The position numbers and the translations under genes were made by a program. Shown in pieces: positions 8,676-17,651 of a stretch of 35,677 nucleotides of DNA (position 1 is the stretch's first letter; the number at the start of each line of letters is the position of its first letter). Under the pieces are notes generated by a model. It saw nothing but the letters and a program-made list of their open reading frames with translations. It ran no database searches and was not told where the DNA came from. Source of the stretch: Gemmatimonadales bacterium (GTDB taxonomy: Bacteria > Gemmatimonadota > Gemmatimonadetes > Gemmatimonadales > GWC2-71-9); contig DASSUE010000453.1 of assembly GCA_035707305.1 (NCBI GenBank), forward strand, positions 1 to 35,677. The letters are read 5' to 3'.

Positions 8676-9100
8676 ATCCGGCCGCCGTGCCAGGTGCGCT
8701 ACTCCCCGTCAACCGCGCTCACCACGCCGAGACTTGCCGTCACGTTCGCCGCCGGGACGTCCGAGCGCGAGCACCAGCTTGCCCACCTGGAGCGCCGTCG
8801 CGTCGGCCCGGTCCGCGGCCGGAGGTCCGCGCCGGTGCGGAGCACCGCGATGTCGGTCGTCGGATCCCACCCGGCGAGCGTGGCGGACGCGGTGCCGCCC
8901 CCCGGGCAAGGTCAGCGTGATCTCCTCCTCCCGCGACACCGTGCCGTTCGAGGTCACGATCACCGCCGGAACGCCAGGCAACCCCGCTCGAGGGAATCCG
9001 CCGGCGCGCATGGATGGCGACGACGGATCGGGCCGCGTGCTCGACCGCCCCCGCGAGATCGTCGGAGAGCGCGGGATGCGCCCGCCGTTGAGTCGAAGGA
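8667..9100 (-). pseudogene. trypsin-like (S1C/HtrA-type) serine peptidase, decayed 5' fragment
   Basis: The reading must hop between three frames: LSDDLAGAVEHAARSVVAIHARRRIPSSGVAWRSGG / AVIVTSNGTVSREEEITLTLPGG / GTASATLAGWDPTTDIAVLRTGADLRP / AADRADATALQVGKLVLALGRPGGE / NVTASLGVVSAVDGE*RTWHGGRIERL. That implies at least 4 frameshifts and one in-frame TAG where this family has W. No start codon identified. The C-terminal half with the catalytic Ser is missing. Confidence 0.6.
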
Positions 9101-9122
9101 TGTGTCGCTGGAAGGGTGCTGC

Positions 9123-9959
9123 CTATCGCACGAATGCGGGAGACGCCGGGCGCATGCGGAGCTCCACCGGCTCGCCCGGGCCGCGGATCCGGATGTGAAA
9201 GCTGCTGTCGCTCTGCTCGACGATCTCGGTCGGGTAGTCGTGCCCCTCCTCGGTTAGGACCAGCTTCCCGTCCGCGCTCCGCCACTTCCCCAGCGCGGGT
9301 GTGCCGTTCGGCGAAGCCATGACCATCGTTCCCTCGGAGAGGAACACCCGCAGCTCCCCCGGCGAGACCGTGGACCCGGGGTCCACCTGCCAGACCCGGT
9401 TCACGAACGCCAGCCCCGATTGCCGGGCGGTGCGGAAGTCTCGAGCCCGCTCCAGCTCGAAGAACACACCGTCCCACGGGGCCAGCACGCGATTCGAGTC
9501 GATCGCGATGATGCGGCCGCCCATCGCGGCCCAGTCAGCGCCGCTGCACTGCACCTCGAGCAGCGTGAGGCGATCCACCGATGCCAGGGGGCGGAGGCTA
9601 CCCGGAGCGAGGTGGTACTCCGCGCCGAGCAGGCTGTCCCGACCGACAGTCCGGGCTCGATAGTCCGGGTTGTCGCAATGCTTGCCCTCGGAGACGGCGC
9701 GCTGTTCGCTCAGTCGAACCGTGCGCCGATGCCACTTTGCGGCGTCGGCAGCGCTCAGCGCGCTCGTGCCTGGGATATGATGGCCAGTCACGCTCCAGAC
9801 GCCGAGAAACGACTGAACCGGAGAGGGCGCCGCCGAAACGGCCGCGTCCGGCGGCGTCGGCGGTGGCTCCGGCGCCGCGGCGCGCTCCCGACGCTCGCAC
9901 GCGCCAGCAAGGAGCAGGAGCCCAGCCGCCGCCGCGAAAGCTCGGCCGCTCACGCTCAT
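9123..9959 (-). CDS. hypothetical lipoprotein
   Basis: 278 aa. Signal peptide plus lipobox, MSVSGRAFAAAAGLLLLAGAC. ATG 9959 overlaps the TGA of the upstream gene (ATGA). No family motif. Confidence 0.65.
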   Translation of the reverse strand: MSVSGRAFAAAAGLLLLAGACERRERAAAPEPPPTPPDAAVSAAPSPVQSFLGVWSVTGHHIPGTSALSAADAAKWHRRTVRLSEQRAVSEGKHCDNPDYRARTVGRDSLLGAEYHLAPGSLRPLASVDRLTLLEVQCSGADWAAMGGRIIAIDSNRVLAPWDGVFFELERARDFRTARQSGLAFVNRVWQVDPGSTVSPGELRVFLSEGTMVMASPNGTPALGKWRSADGKLVLTEEGHDYPTEIVEQSDSSFHIRIRGPGEPVELRMRPASPAFVR

Positions 9960-10321
9960 CGAGCAGCGGCGCCGGACCCGCGCTCGCGAATCCGGATCAG
10001 CTCGATCATTGGGCCCACCATCCCGATCGAGACGGCATCGTCCCGGCGCCGCGCCACGGCTTCGACCGCCTTGCCGTCCACCCGGAAGGCGTCGGGAAGG
10101 CTCATCGGGTTGTAGCGCGTGCCCTCGTCGGAATCGATCACGAAGAGACCTCCCTCGAGATCCAAGTGGCGAACCGTCCCGGTGATCGACAGCTCTGGGC
10201 CGCCTTTCGTGGAGATCGGCTCGACCTCGACCCATTGGCCCGTAGCCTTTGCGCAGGACATGATGACAAGAGCCGCCGCGGCGGCCGGCACGATGCGACG
10301 CAGTGCAGAGAGAGAAGTCAT
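9956..10321 (-). CDS. small hypothetical lipoprotein
   Basis: 121 aa from ATG 10321. MTSLSALRRIVPAAAAALVIMSC lipobox. Coupled to the downstream lipoprotein gene and divergent from the kinase gene. Confidence 0.6.
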   Translation of the reverse strand: MTSLSALRRIVPAAAAALVIMSCAKATGQWVEVEPISTKGGPELSITGTVRHLDLEGGLFVIDSDEGTRYNPMSLPDAFRVDGKAVEAVARRRDDAVSIGMVGPMIELIRIRERGSGAAAR

Positions 10322-10392
10322 GGGAACCGCCAGCCGTGTGATATCCCTAGTTTGACGCCGAACCGAGGTGCCTGCTAGCCCCTCGTCCGCTT

Positions 10393-10728
10393 CCCGGCCA
10401 TATTCGACCCACCATCGCCCGCGCCATCGTGAACGAAATCCCTGCACGGCTCGCCGACGCGCTCCGCGACCGCTATCGCTTCGTGCGCGAGCTGGGCAGC
10501 GGCGGCATGGGATCGGTCTACCTCGCCGAGGACCTGAAGCACCACCGGAAGGTCGCGGTGAAGGTCCTCCATCCGCACCTCGCCGCCTCGCTCGGCACCG
10601 AGCGCTTTCTCCGCGAGATCGAAGTCGCGGCGCAGCTCCAACACCCCGCGATCCTCCCGCTGCACGACAGCGGCGAGGCGGAGGGCTACGTCTACTACAT
10701 CATGCCCTTCGTGGAGGGCGAGTCGCTC
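10393..10728 (+). repeat. copy 2 of duplicated kinase 5' region
   Basis: See 8339-8675. Confidence 0.9.
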
Positions 10729-13107
10729 CGGGCCCGGCTCGCCCGCCAGCACGAGCTGTCGGTGGAGGACGCCGCCCGGATCCTCTACGACGTGCTCGAT
10801 GCGCTGGCCTACGCCCACGAGCGCGGCGTCATCCACCGGGACATCAAGCCCGATAATATCATGCTCTCGGGCCGCCACGCGCTCCTGGTGGACTTCGGCG
10901 TCGCCAAGGCGGTGAACGATTCAGCCGGCCCCTCGTTCGTGACCACCACCGGCCTGGCGCTCGGCACGCCGAGCTACATGGCGCCGGAGCAGGCGGTGGC
11001 CGACCGCGAGGTGGATCACCGGGCGGATCTCTACGCGGTGGGCGTCGTCGGATACGAGCTGCTTGCCGGACGACGGCCGTTTCCCGGCAACACCGCGCAG
11101 CAGATCGTCGCAGCGCAGCTGACCCAGTCGCCGGAGGATCTTCGCACCCACCGGCCCACAGTACCTCCGCCGCTCTCGTCAGCGATCATGCGGGCGCTGG
11201 AACGCCGGCCCGCCGACCGCTGGCAGACCGCGGGCGAGATGCACGCGAAGCTGGAGCCGTGGTTGGTGCCGAGCGGAGAGACCACGCCGGCCACGATTCC
11301 CGTCGGAACTCGAGTGCCGGCGCGCAGGAACCGCATGATTCTCGCAATCGCCGCACTGGTGCTGGCGGCGGTGGTCGCCGGCCTGCTGCTCGTCCGCACG
11401 CGTGGCACGGCGGAGCTCTCGCTCGGCCGCAGGGTCCAGATCACGCTCGATCCCGGCATGGAGATCGAGCCGGCCGTATCGCCCGACGGCCGGCTCGTCG
11501 CCTTTGCCGCCGGACCGATGCAGTCGCTCGAGATCAAGGTGCGCCGGCTCGACGGCGGGACCGCGCTCACGGTCGCCGCAGAGAGCGAGCGGCCCCAGCG
11601 ATTCCCCTCGTGGTCGCCCGACGGCGGACGGATCATGTTCGGCTCCCCGCGCGGCGTCGAGATTGTCTCCGCGCTGGGCGGCCCGGCCAAGCTGGTGGTC
11701 CCGTACGTGCCCGATCCCAACACCGACCCCTGGCTCAGCGGCGGATTCATGATGCCGGCGGGGTGGTCGCCGGATGGGAAGTCGATCGCTTTCGTGCGGG
11801 GCGACACCCTCTATCTCCAGGATCTCTCCGGCGCCGCCCCGAAGCCGATCGCGAACGGCGGCGAGATGCACTCATTCGCCTGGTCGCCCGATGGTCGCTG
11901 GATCGCGTGCGTGCGCGGCAACCGGCAGTCCCGCAACCCCGGATTTCTGTTCGCGAACCTCGGCGCATCCGGGATCTGGCTCGTACCGGTGGCGGGCGGC
12001 AAGGCGATCGCGGTCACCGGCGATGAGCATTACAACGCGAGCCCGAGCTGGTCGCCGGATAGCCGCGGACTGCTCTTCGTCTCAAACCGGGGCGGCGGCG
12101 TAGACCTGTACCAGGCGAGTCTCCGCGCAAACGGCTCGCCATATGGCGAGCCGCTCCGGCTCACGAACGGCCTCCGCGCGGAGGGGATCAGCCTGGCCGC
12201 GAACGGGCGGTGGATCGTCTGGTCGAGTCTCGCCGAGACCTCGAACGTGTGGTCGCTCGCGCTGCCGAAGAACCCGCCGGCCTCCATCCGGGATGCCCAG
12301 CCGGTTACGAGCGGCAACCAGGTCATCGAGAGCTTCGACGTATCGGCGGACGGCCGCTGGATCGCCTTCGACACCGACCGGACCGGCAATCAGGACATTT
12401 TCCGCCAGACGGTGACGGGCGGTGAGCCGGAGCGGCTGACCGAGGATGCGGCCGTCGAGTTTTGGCCCCGCTATTCGCCCAAGACCGGCGAGATCGCGTG
12501 GCACGGATTCCTCGGCGCACGTCGGCATCTGTTCGTCATGGCGGCCGACGGCCGCGACCGGCAACAGATCACCGACGGCCCGGACGACGAGCGGTGCCCG
12601 ACCTGGAGCCCTGATGGCCGCACGATCTACTACTTGCACAACTTCAACGCGCCCGACACGGAGCTGAGGGCGATCACGCGCGGCGACGACGGCAGCTGGT
12701 CAGCGCCGCGCACGCTCTACCGCGGGTCCACCTATCCCCCGATGGCCTCGCCGGACGGCCGGTGGGTGGCGATCGCCGCCGCGGGTTCGGTCGTGATCGT
12801 CAGTCCGGCAGGGGATTCCACTCGAGTGCTCGTGCCGCGGGGCGACGGGCCGGAGCCGCGCGCGATCTACGTGGACTGGTCGGATGACAGCAAGACGATC
12901 TACTACCTGGCGGTCGATCCCGCCGAGCGGGCCAGCATCTGGGGAGTGTCGGTGAGCGGCGGGCCGCCGAGGCTCATGGTCCGGTTCGACGAGCCGACCC
13001 GCGAGTGGCACCGCTTCGGGTTCGTGGCGCGGCACGGCCGCCTGTGGATGACCGTGGGCGACCGACAGAGCGACCTCTGGGCGGCCGAAGTCGGCGCGGC
13101 GCCCTAG
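10429..13107 (+). CDS. Ser/Thr protein kinase with TM segment and C-terminal PD40/TolB-like beta-propeller
   Basis: 892 aa, GTG start. GSGGMGSVY loop, VAVK, HRDIKPDN, DFG and SYMAPE motifs. TM segment ILAIAALVLAAVVAGLLLV. Repeated SPDG/WSPDG blades. Confidence 0.93.
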   Translation: MNEIPARLADALRDRYRFVRELGSGGMGSVYLAEDLKHHRKVAVKVLHPHLAASLGTERFLREIEVAAQLQHPAILPLHDSGEAEGYVYYIMPFVEGESLRARLARQHELSVEDAARILYDVLDALAYAHERGVIHRDIKPDNIMLSGRHALLVDFGVAKAVNDSAGPSFVTTTGLALGTPSYMAPEQAVADREVDHRADLYAVGVVGYELLAGRRPFPGNTAQQIVAAQLTQSPEDLRTHRPTVPPPLSSAIMRALERRPADRWQTAGEMHAKLEPWLVPSGETTPATIPVGTRVPARRNRMILAIAALVLAAVVAGLLLVRTRGTAELSLGRRVQITLDPGMEIEPAVSPDGRLVAFAAGPMQSLEIKVRRLDGGTALTVAAESERPQRFPSWSPDGGRIMFGSPRGVEIVSALGGPAKLVVPYVPDPNTDPWLSGGFMMPAGWSPDGKSIAFVRGDTLYLQDLSGAAPKPIANGGEMHSFAWSPDGRWIACVRGNRQSRNPGFLFANLGASGIWLVPVAGGKAIAVTGDEHYNASPSWSPDSRGLLFVSNRGGGVDLYQASLRANGSPYGEPLRLTNGLRAEGISLAANGRWIVWSSLAETSNVWSLALPKNPPASIRDAQPVTSGNQVIESFDVSADGRWIAFDTDRTGNQDIFRQTVTGGEPERLTEDAAVEFWPRYSPKTGEIAWHGFLGARRHLFVMAADGRDRQQITDGPDDERCPTWSPDGRTIYYLHNFNAPDTELRAITRGDDGSWSAPRTLYRGSTYPPMASPDGRWVAIAAAGSVVIVSPAGDSTRVLVPRGDGPEPRAIYVDWSDDSKTIYYLAVDPAERASIWGVSVSGGPPRLMVRFDEPTREWHRFGFVARHGRLWMTVGDRQSDLWAAEVGAAP

Positions 13108-13166
13108 CCCCGGCCCACAGCTCGCTCGGCCCGGCTACGCTGCCGGTCGCCCAGCAAGGCTCCGGC

Positions 13167-13571
13167 TCAGCGAAGAGGCTGCCCGATGCCGATGAGGTTG
13201 CCCTCGCTGTCTTTGAACCAAGCCGCTTTCTCTCCGATCCCGCCTTTCGAGGGGTAGTTCCCTTCGACGTCCGCGATGCCGCCGACCGTCTTGAAACCAG
13301 GGAGGTCATACTCTTCGAAAACTACGCCGCGGCGGCGCAGCTCGGTGACCGTAGCCTCGAGGTCTTCGACCTCCCAGCCCATCTGGGTGTGCGTCCCCGA
13401 GGCGGCGCCTGACGATTCAAACAGCGCGAAGCGGCCGCTGGCGCACTGGTACAGCAGCCCCCCTGGTCGTTCTTCTATGGGATCCAAGCCGAGCATGCTC
13501 GAGTAGAACGCCCGGGCTCGTGCGAGGTCTCGAGCGGGGAGCCGCGTGGCGACGTGACCATCTCTGAGCAT
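13167..13571 (-). CDS. VOC (glyoxalase/bleomycin-resistance/dioxygenase) family protein
   Basis: 134 aa. HVATRLPARDLARARAFYSSMLGL and AWFKDSEGNLIGI are the paired beta-alpha-beta-beta-beta module signatures. Confidence 0.85.
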   Translation of the reverse strand: MLRDGHVATRLPARDLARARAFYSSMLGLDPIEERPGGLLYQCASGRFALFESSGAASGTHTQMGWEVEDLEATVTELRRRGVVFEEYDLPGFKTVGGIADVEGNYPSKGGIGEKAAWFKDSEGNLIGIGQPLR

Positions 13572-13640
13572 AGGGATCTCGATCGTGCGAGCGGATCAAA
13601 CCGCTGTGGTGCGTAAAGGACTGTCCATCGCCGCAGGCCC

Positions 13641-14078
13641 TCACCCGGGTTGTGCGATATGCCAGGCAAGCACGCCGAAGGCCACCACACTCATGAGACT
13701 GCGCACCGCATGCAGCCGACCCCACCGGCCCAGGAGCCTGGCGGTTTCCGGAGAGCTTCGGTCGAGTGCGGGGTCGAGCAGCCGCTTGTTGGTTGGCAGG
13801 ATGACCAGCAGGGTGAACGGGATCACGAGCCCGAGGAGCACCCCGGCGACCAGCACCGTAAGCCCCCGACCTTGGATCCAGGCCCCGAGCGCGGCGAGGA
13901 GGCCCAGCCCCGCCAACGAGACCTGCATGACGGTCGCACGGCGGTAGCTCGGGACGAACTCAGTCGCGGCCAAGGCGGTGCCGCACTCCTGCCGGGCGGG
14001 ATGCTCGACGAAGGTGATGTAGATGGCTGCGCCGGCGAACAATCCAGCGCACAGGGTGGCGATCAACTCAAGGAGCAT
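13641..14078 (-). CDS. DUF1772 (anthrone-oxygenase-like) membrane protein
   Basis: 145 aa, 4 TM. LFAGAAIYITFVEHPAR...ILPTNKRLL pattern typical of DUF1772. Confidence 0.75.
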   Translation of the reverse strand: MLLELIATLCAGLFAGAAIYITFVEHPARQECGTALAATEFVPSYRRATVMQVSLAGLGLLAALGAWIQGRGLTVLVAGVLLGLVIPFTLLVILPTNKRLLDPALDRSSPETARLLGRWGRLHAVRSLMSVVAFGVLAWHIAQPG

Positions 14079-14117
14079 CGGTCGAAGCCCCCATACTAAT
14101 CGCAGCTGCTCGCGCCC

Positions 14118-14378
14118 TCACCGCTGACGGCCGACCAGGTGACCCAGTGCAATCAACGCCAGAGCGACTACGGCAAAGGCAGCGTAGGCCCGCAAGGCGT
14201 GGCGGCGGAACGCTCGACCTTGCTCGGTGAGCTGGGCGGCCGACCACCCCACGCGGAACGGGTTCACGCCGGGGCGCCGGTGCCGCACCATCTGGACGTA
14301 GCAGTACGCTCCGTACATCCAAAGCGCCACTGCGAGGGCGAGCAGCACCGCGAGGATCGCCAGCCCGTACTGCTCCAC
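14118..14378 (-). CDS. small membrane protein (2 TM), unknown function
   Basis: 86 aa with two hydrophobic helices. Starts 24 nt after the GTTAGGC box of the attC-like site at 14403. Confidence 0.5.
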   Translation of the reverse strand: MEQYGLAILAVLLALAVALWMYGAYCYVQMVRHRRPGVNPFRVGWSAAQLTEQGRAFRRHALRAYAAFAVVALALIALGHLVGRQR

Positions 14379-14402
14379 GGTGCCACCTCACGGCGCGAGA
14401 CT

Positions 14403-14499
14403 GCCTAACGCTCCCGCTGAGCCGCGGCCCACGGGCGAAAACGCCAGGAATAACAAGAACCCGCCTCCATGGGCCGTCAGCTCCAGTGGGTTGTTAGGC
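14403..14499 (-). repeat. attC-like site (97 bp) 3' of methyltransferase cassette
   Basis: GCCTAAC 14403-14409 and GTTAGGC 14493-14499. Arms GCTGA..GGCCCA (14416-14431) and TGGGCC..TCAGC (14470-14481) are complementary with a bulge. The methyltransferase TAA (14494-14496) is inside the box. Confidence 0.7.
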
Positions 14500-15327
14500 G
14501 GGGCTTGATGACTTCTTGGCGATCGCATAGATGACATTGGTTTCGACGCGATCAATCCCGGCGGCAGCAAGCCGGTCGAGGATCTCGCGCTTCACCGTGC
14601 GGGCCAGCTCAGTGCCCATCTGATCGATCGTCCACCGCAGGCCACTCCCCAGCGCCATGGTCCAGAAATCCTCGGGCGTGCGCAGTGCCTGGTGACCATC
14701 TTCAGCAGCAACATCGATACTTTGGGCGCCACCGTCATGGAGCAGCATGCGGACCGCCTCGGGCGTCGTGATGCGGTCCCAGGGGTTAAAGGCGGCACAT
14801 AGATCGGGGCGTACGCGGCGCACGGCCTCCAACCAGATCTCGTACGCCGGACTCCAAAACCGGGCGCCCCATGTGGTGATCGCCAGTTGCCCGCCGGGCC
14901 GCACCATGCGCCACAGTTCCCCCACCTCGGTCTCCATGTCCGGAACAAAGAAAATCCCAAACACACAGACCACCGCGTCAAAGTGACCATCAGGAAAGTT
15001 CAACCCCGTCATGTCCCCGCGGCGGAACTCCACGCACTGCAGTCCTGCGGTCTGGGCCTTGGCCTGTCCGAGCTTGAGGAGGTCACCCGCGAGATCGACC
15101 GCGATCACTTGGCCCTCGGGGCCGACGGCTTGCGCCGCAGGCAACGCAGAGGCGCCGCTACCACAGCACACATCCAGCACGTGCGCCCCGTGTCGCAGCC
15201 GCAGCCGTTCGACGGTCCGCCGGCCATACCGCGCCCAGAACCCCAAGGGCTCGGCGTCGTAGTAGTCTGAGGCGGCATTGTAGGCCGTCTCGGCCTTGAG
15301 CTTCGCCGCTGCTAATGGCCCACTCAT
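14494..15327 (-). CDS. class I SAM-dependent methyltransferase
   Basis: 277 aa. Motif I VLDVCCGSGASALPAA, then VIAVDLAGDLL and post-I/II motifs (FDAVVCVFGIFF). Confidence 0.88.
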   Translation of the reverse strand: MSGPLAAAKLKAETAYNAASDYYDAEPLGFWARYGRRTVERLRLRHGAHVLDVCCGSGASALPAAQAVGPEGQVIAVDLAGDLLKLGQAKAQTAGLQCVEFRRGDMTGLNFPDGHFDAVVCVFGIFFVPDMETEVGELWRMVRPGGQLAITTWGARFWSPAYEIWLEAVRRVRPDLCAAFNPWDRITTPEAVRMLLHDGGAQSIDVAAEDGHQALRTPEDFWTMALGSGLRWTIDQMGTELARTVKREILDRLAAAGIDRVETNVIYAIAKKSSSPA

Positions 15328-15421
15328 AAGACCTTCCTGGGTACTGTCATAGGCCGTATCAACGCTCTGTTGCCCGTGATTACTCTTGCTGATGTACCTC
15401 CTTCACTTCTGCGGAATTGGG

Positions 15422-15556
15422 GCCTAACGCAATTACGCATCGGCTGCGGGCGACTCGCCCGCAGATACGAATTCGATGGTCCACAGCGGGCCGCCGCTCT
15501 GGCCCGCACGGGCGCTCGGTACTGCGAGCGCCGCCAGCTGCATGCGCTGGTTAGGC
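15422..15556 (-). repeat. attC-like site (135 bp) 3' of GNAT cassette
   Basis: GCCTAAC 15422-15428 and GTTAGGC 15550-15556. Outer arms GCAT..GCTG.GG.CG (left) and CGCCGCCAGCTGCATGC (right) are imperfectly complementary. Internal perfect hairpin CTGCGGGCG-ACT-CGCCCGCAG at 15444-15464. The GNAT TAA (15551-15553) is inside the box. Confidence 0.75.
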
Positions 15557-16033
15557 CGCGGGGTCTCCCGGGTCGAGACGCAAGACCATGGAGACATCGG
15601 CAACTTCGTACCTCTTAGCTTCTGGCACCGGACAATACTGGAAGCCTAAAGACTCGTATAATCGAAGGGCAGGTTGCAGCCGCGAGTTTGACACCAGCAT
15701 CACGCGACGGGCACCCTGCTCGCGTGCGTAGGCGATGCACCGCTCCACTAGAAGGCGTGCGATGCCTTGACCGCGGAACTCTAGTGCAACTGTGAGCTTG
15801 GCAAGCTCAAGTTCTTCAATACCATGGGGCATAACGGCACAAGTGCCGATGACCTGGCCGTTATGAAGCGCGACAAAAATCTGGCCACCACGGTTGAGGA
15901 AGTACCCTTGAGGATCAGCAAGCTGTGCCTCTTCGGCCGGCTCCATCAGATCGTAGCTTTCCAGCCACTTGCGGTTGAGTTCGGCGAAATGCTCCGCATG
16001 CTCCAAGCGAAAGGTGTCGATCTCGACGCTCAT
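15551..16033 (-). CDS. GNAT-family N-acetyltransferase
   Basis: 160 aa from ATG 16033. Acetyl-CoA motif A LEFRGQGIARLLVERCIAYAREQG, then LVSNSRLQPALRLYESLGF. Confidence 0.88.
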   Translation of the reverse strand: MSVEIDTFRLEHAEHFAELNRKWLESYDLMEPAEEAQLADPQGYFLNRGGQIFVALHNGQVIGTCAVMPHGIEELELAKLTVALEFRGQGIARLLVERCIAYAREQGARRVMLVSNSRLQPALRLYESLGFQYCPVPEAKRYEVADVSMVLRLDPGDPAA

Positions 16034-16060
16034 TCGGGTCCCACACGAGCTGGTCGGTCG

Positions 16061-16148
16061 GCCTAACGGCCTGCGTTTCAGCGCCGTGCGCTCATGTCGG
16101 CGCCCGCACCAAACTACAGCGCAGCGATGCCGATCGGTCATGTTCGTG
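16061..16148 (-). repeat. degenerate attC-like site (88 bp) 3' of DUF418 cassette
   Basis: GCCTAAC 16061-16067 is exact. The partner box is GTTCGTG (16142-16148), keeping only the GTT/AAC core. Flanking GGTCGGTCGGCCTAAC and GTTCGTGGCGACGACC are imperfectly complementary. Lies 12 nt after the DUF418 stop. Confidence 0.45.
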
Positions 16149-16159
16149 GCGACGACCGA

Positions 16160-17443
16160 TCAAGCAAGCTGACCGGCGACGCCGAGCCGCATCGGCTGAC
16201 GAGTCCCATAGGTAAGAGAGCGCCAGAGCCATTCGGCCGGTCCAAACCGAAAACGTTGCAACCACCACGCACTGAAGAGGATCTGGGCCGCGAAGATGCC
16301 TACGCTGAGCACCAGACAGAACGCCGTGCCTACGCGCCCCAGCAGCGTCAGTCCGAACCCATAGAAGAGCGCCAGATAGATCAGCGAGTGCGCGAGATAG
16401 TTTGTCAGGGCCATTTGGCCCAGTGGTGCCAGGCGCGCCAGTCGGGAGCGCCAGGATGGGAGTTGCCAGAGCAGCACGATGCCCGACACATAAGCGGCTG
16501 CCATGGCGATCACCCCTAGATATATGGGCAATTGGGCGGCCAGGACCCAGACGGAAGAAGAGGCCAATCTGCCGGAGAGAGTGAGGGACGTGGTCGCTAC
16601 CCAAAGAGCGTTGCCAAGTACCCCAATAACTAGGCCCCAGGCAAGCAGCCGTCGGAACAGTGCGAGATGCGCCTCCGGTTTCTCAAGCAACTGCCGACGG
16701 CCGGCGTAGAAGCCCAAGAGGAATTTTCCGAGGATGGCGGGAAGGAAGTGGAGGGCAACACCGGTGGTCCAGTACCCCAACGCATACTTGGCGTTCTCCC
16801 GGAGCGAGTCTACGACGCTACCCGAGGTAAAAGCCCGAAAGCGGGTGCCGAGGACCTGCAATTCCGCTGGGGCTGGTCCTGCAGTGGGAATGGCTGGATC
16901 GAGAAGCGTTTTCCCTATCCGGACCACCGCCGGGAGCACGACACCGAGGCCGATTCCCATGCCAAGGAGCCATCGATCGGAGCGCTCTCGGAACAGGATG
17001 AGCAGGAAGCCAAGCAGCGCGTAATGATGCAGGATGTCACCATACCAGACCAGGTACGCATGGACCAGCCCGAAGCCGAAAAGGATGCCAAGACGCCGCT
17101 CATAGACTGGCAGGACGGCCACGCCACGCCGCTCGCCACGTATCAACTGTACGGAGAAACCGAGCCCAAACAGAAAGGAGAAGAGCGTGTAGAACTTCCA
17201 GTCGATGAAGAACTCCACCCCGTACTTGACGATCCGGTCGATCACCGCAGTGGGCAAGGCTGCCACCTGCGCTGGCACCACTGCGCCTTCTTGAGTGATC
17301 CAGATCAGGTTTCCCAGAAGCACCCCGTCGAGGGCAAACCCCCGCACGGCATCGATGAGCGCAATGCGCTCGCCTGCCCTCAGCGGCGTGAGACGTTGAG
17401 CGTTGATCCCTCCCTCTCCGGCCTGTGGCTGGGGTAACGCCAT
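16160..17443 (-). CDS. DUF418 (YeiB-like) polytopic membrane protein
   Basis: 427 aa. N-terminal RIALIDAVRGFALDGVLLGN and C-terminal FGPAEWLWRSLTYG are the family hallmarks. Confidence 0.8.
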   Translation of the reverse strand: MALPQPQAGEGGINAQRLTPLRAGERIALIDAVRGFALDGVLLGNLIWITQEGAVVPAQVAALPTAVIDRIVKYGVEFFIDWKFYTLFSFLFGLGFSVQLIRGERRGVAVLPVYERRLGILFGFGLVHAYLVWYGDILHHYALLGFLLILFRERSDRWLLGMGIGLGVVLPAVVRIGKTLLDPAIPTAGPAPAELQVLGTRFRAFTSGSVVDSLRENAKYALGYWTTGVALHFLPAILGKFLLGFYAGRRQLLEKPEAHLALFRRLLAWGLVIGVLGNALWVATTSLTLSGRLASSSVWVLAAQLPIYLGVIAMAAAYVSGIVLLWQLPSWRSRLARLAPLGQMALTNYLAHSLIYLALFYGFGLTLLGRVGTAFCLVLSVGIFAAQILFSAWWLQRFRFGPAEWLWRSLTYGTRQPMRLGVAGQLA

Positions 17444-17489
17444 TACGCTCTGCTTACCCTTGTAAGGGCCCGGATGCCGGCTCGCGTGC

Positions 17490-17650
17490 GCCTAACGCAA
17501 TCGGCGTGTCCACCTGACGCAATCGCGCACCAGCTGCGGGCGGCAAGCCCCGCCGATACGAACTCTATGGTCCTTAGCGCCGCGCCGGCGCTGTGGCTTC
17601 GCCAGGCGTTTCCCAGAGAAGCGCCCGTCAGCTGCATGCGCTGGCTAGGC
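17490..17650 (-). repeat. attC-like site (161 bp) 3' of hicBA cassette
   Basis: GCCTAAC 17490-17496 and GCTAGGC 17644-17650 (one mismatch). Homologous along its length to the 15422-15556 site, including GATACGAAYTCKATGGTCC and the CAGCTGCATGCGCTGG arm. Contains an internal 8-nt direct duplication, ACGCAAT. Confidence 0.7.
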
Positions 17651-17651
17651 G

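Noticed and set aside
8017-9198. 393-aa plus-strand ORF and 245-aa minus ORF (8740..9477) spanning the kinase/protease remnants
   Set aside because: The translations are Arg/Pro-rich nonsense, out of frame with the recognisable homology blocks. They arise because the decayed region lacks stops.
13108-13166. Weak similarity (AGCTCGCTCGGCCCGGCTACGC) to the attC-family arm, 3' of the VOC gene
   Set aside because: There are too many mismatches, no intact box, and only 59 nt available before the kinase stop. It cannot be distinguished from chance in GC-rich DNA.
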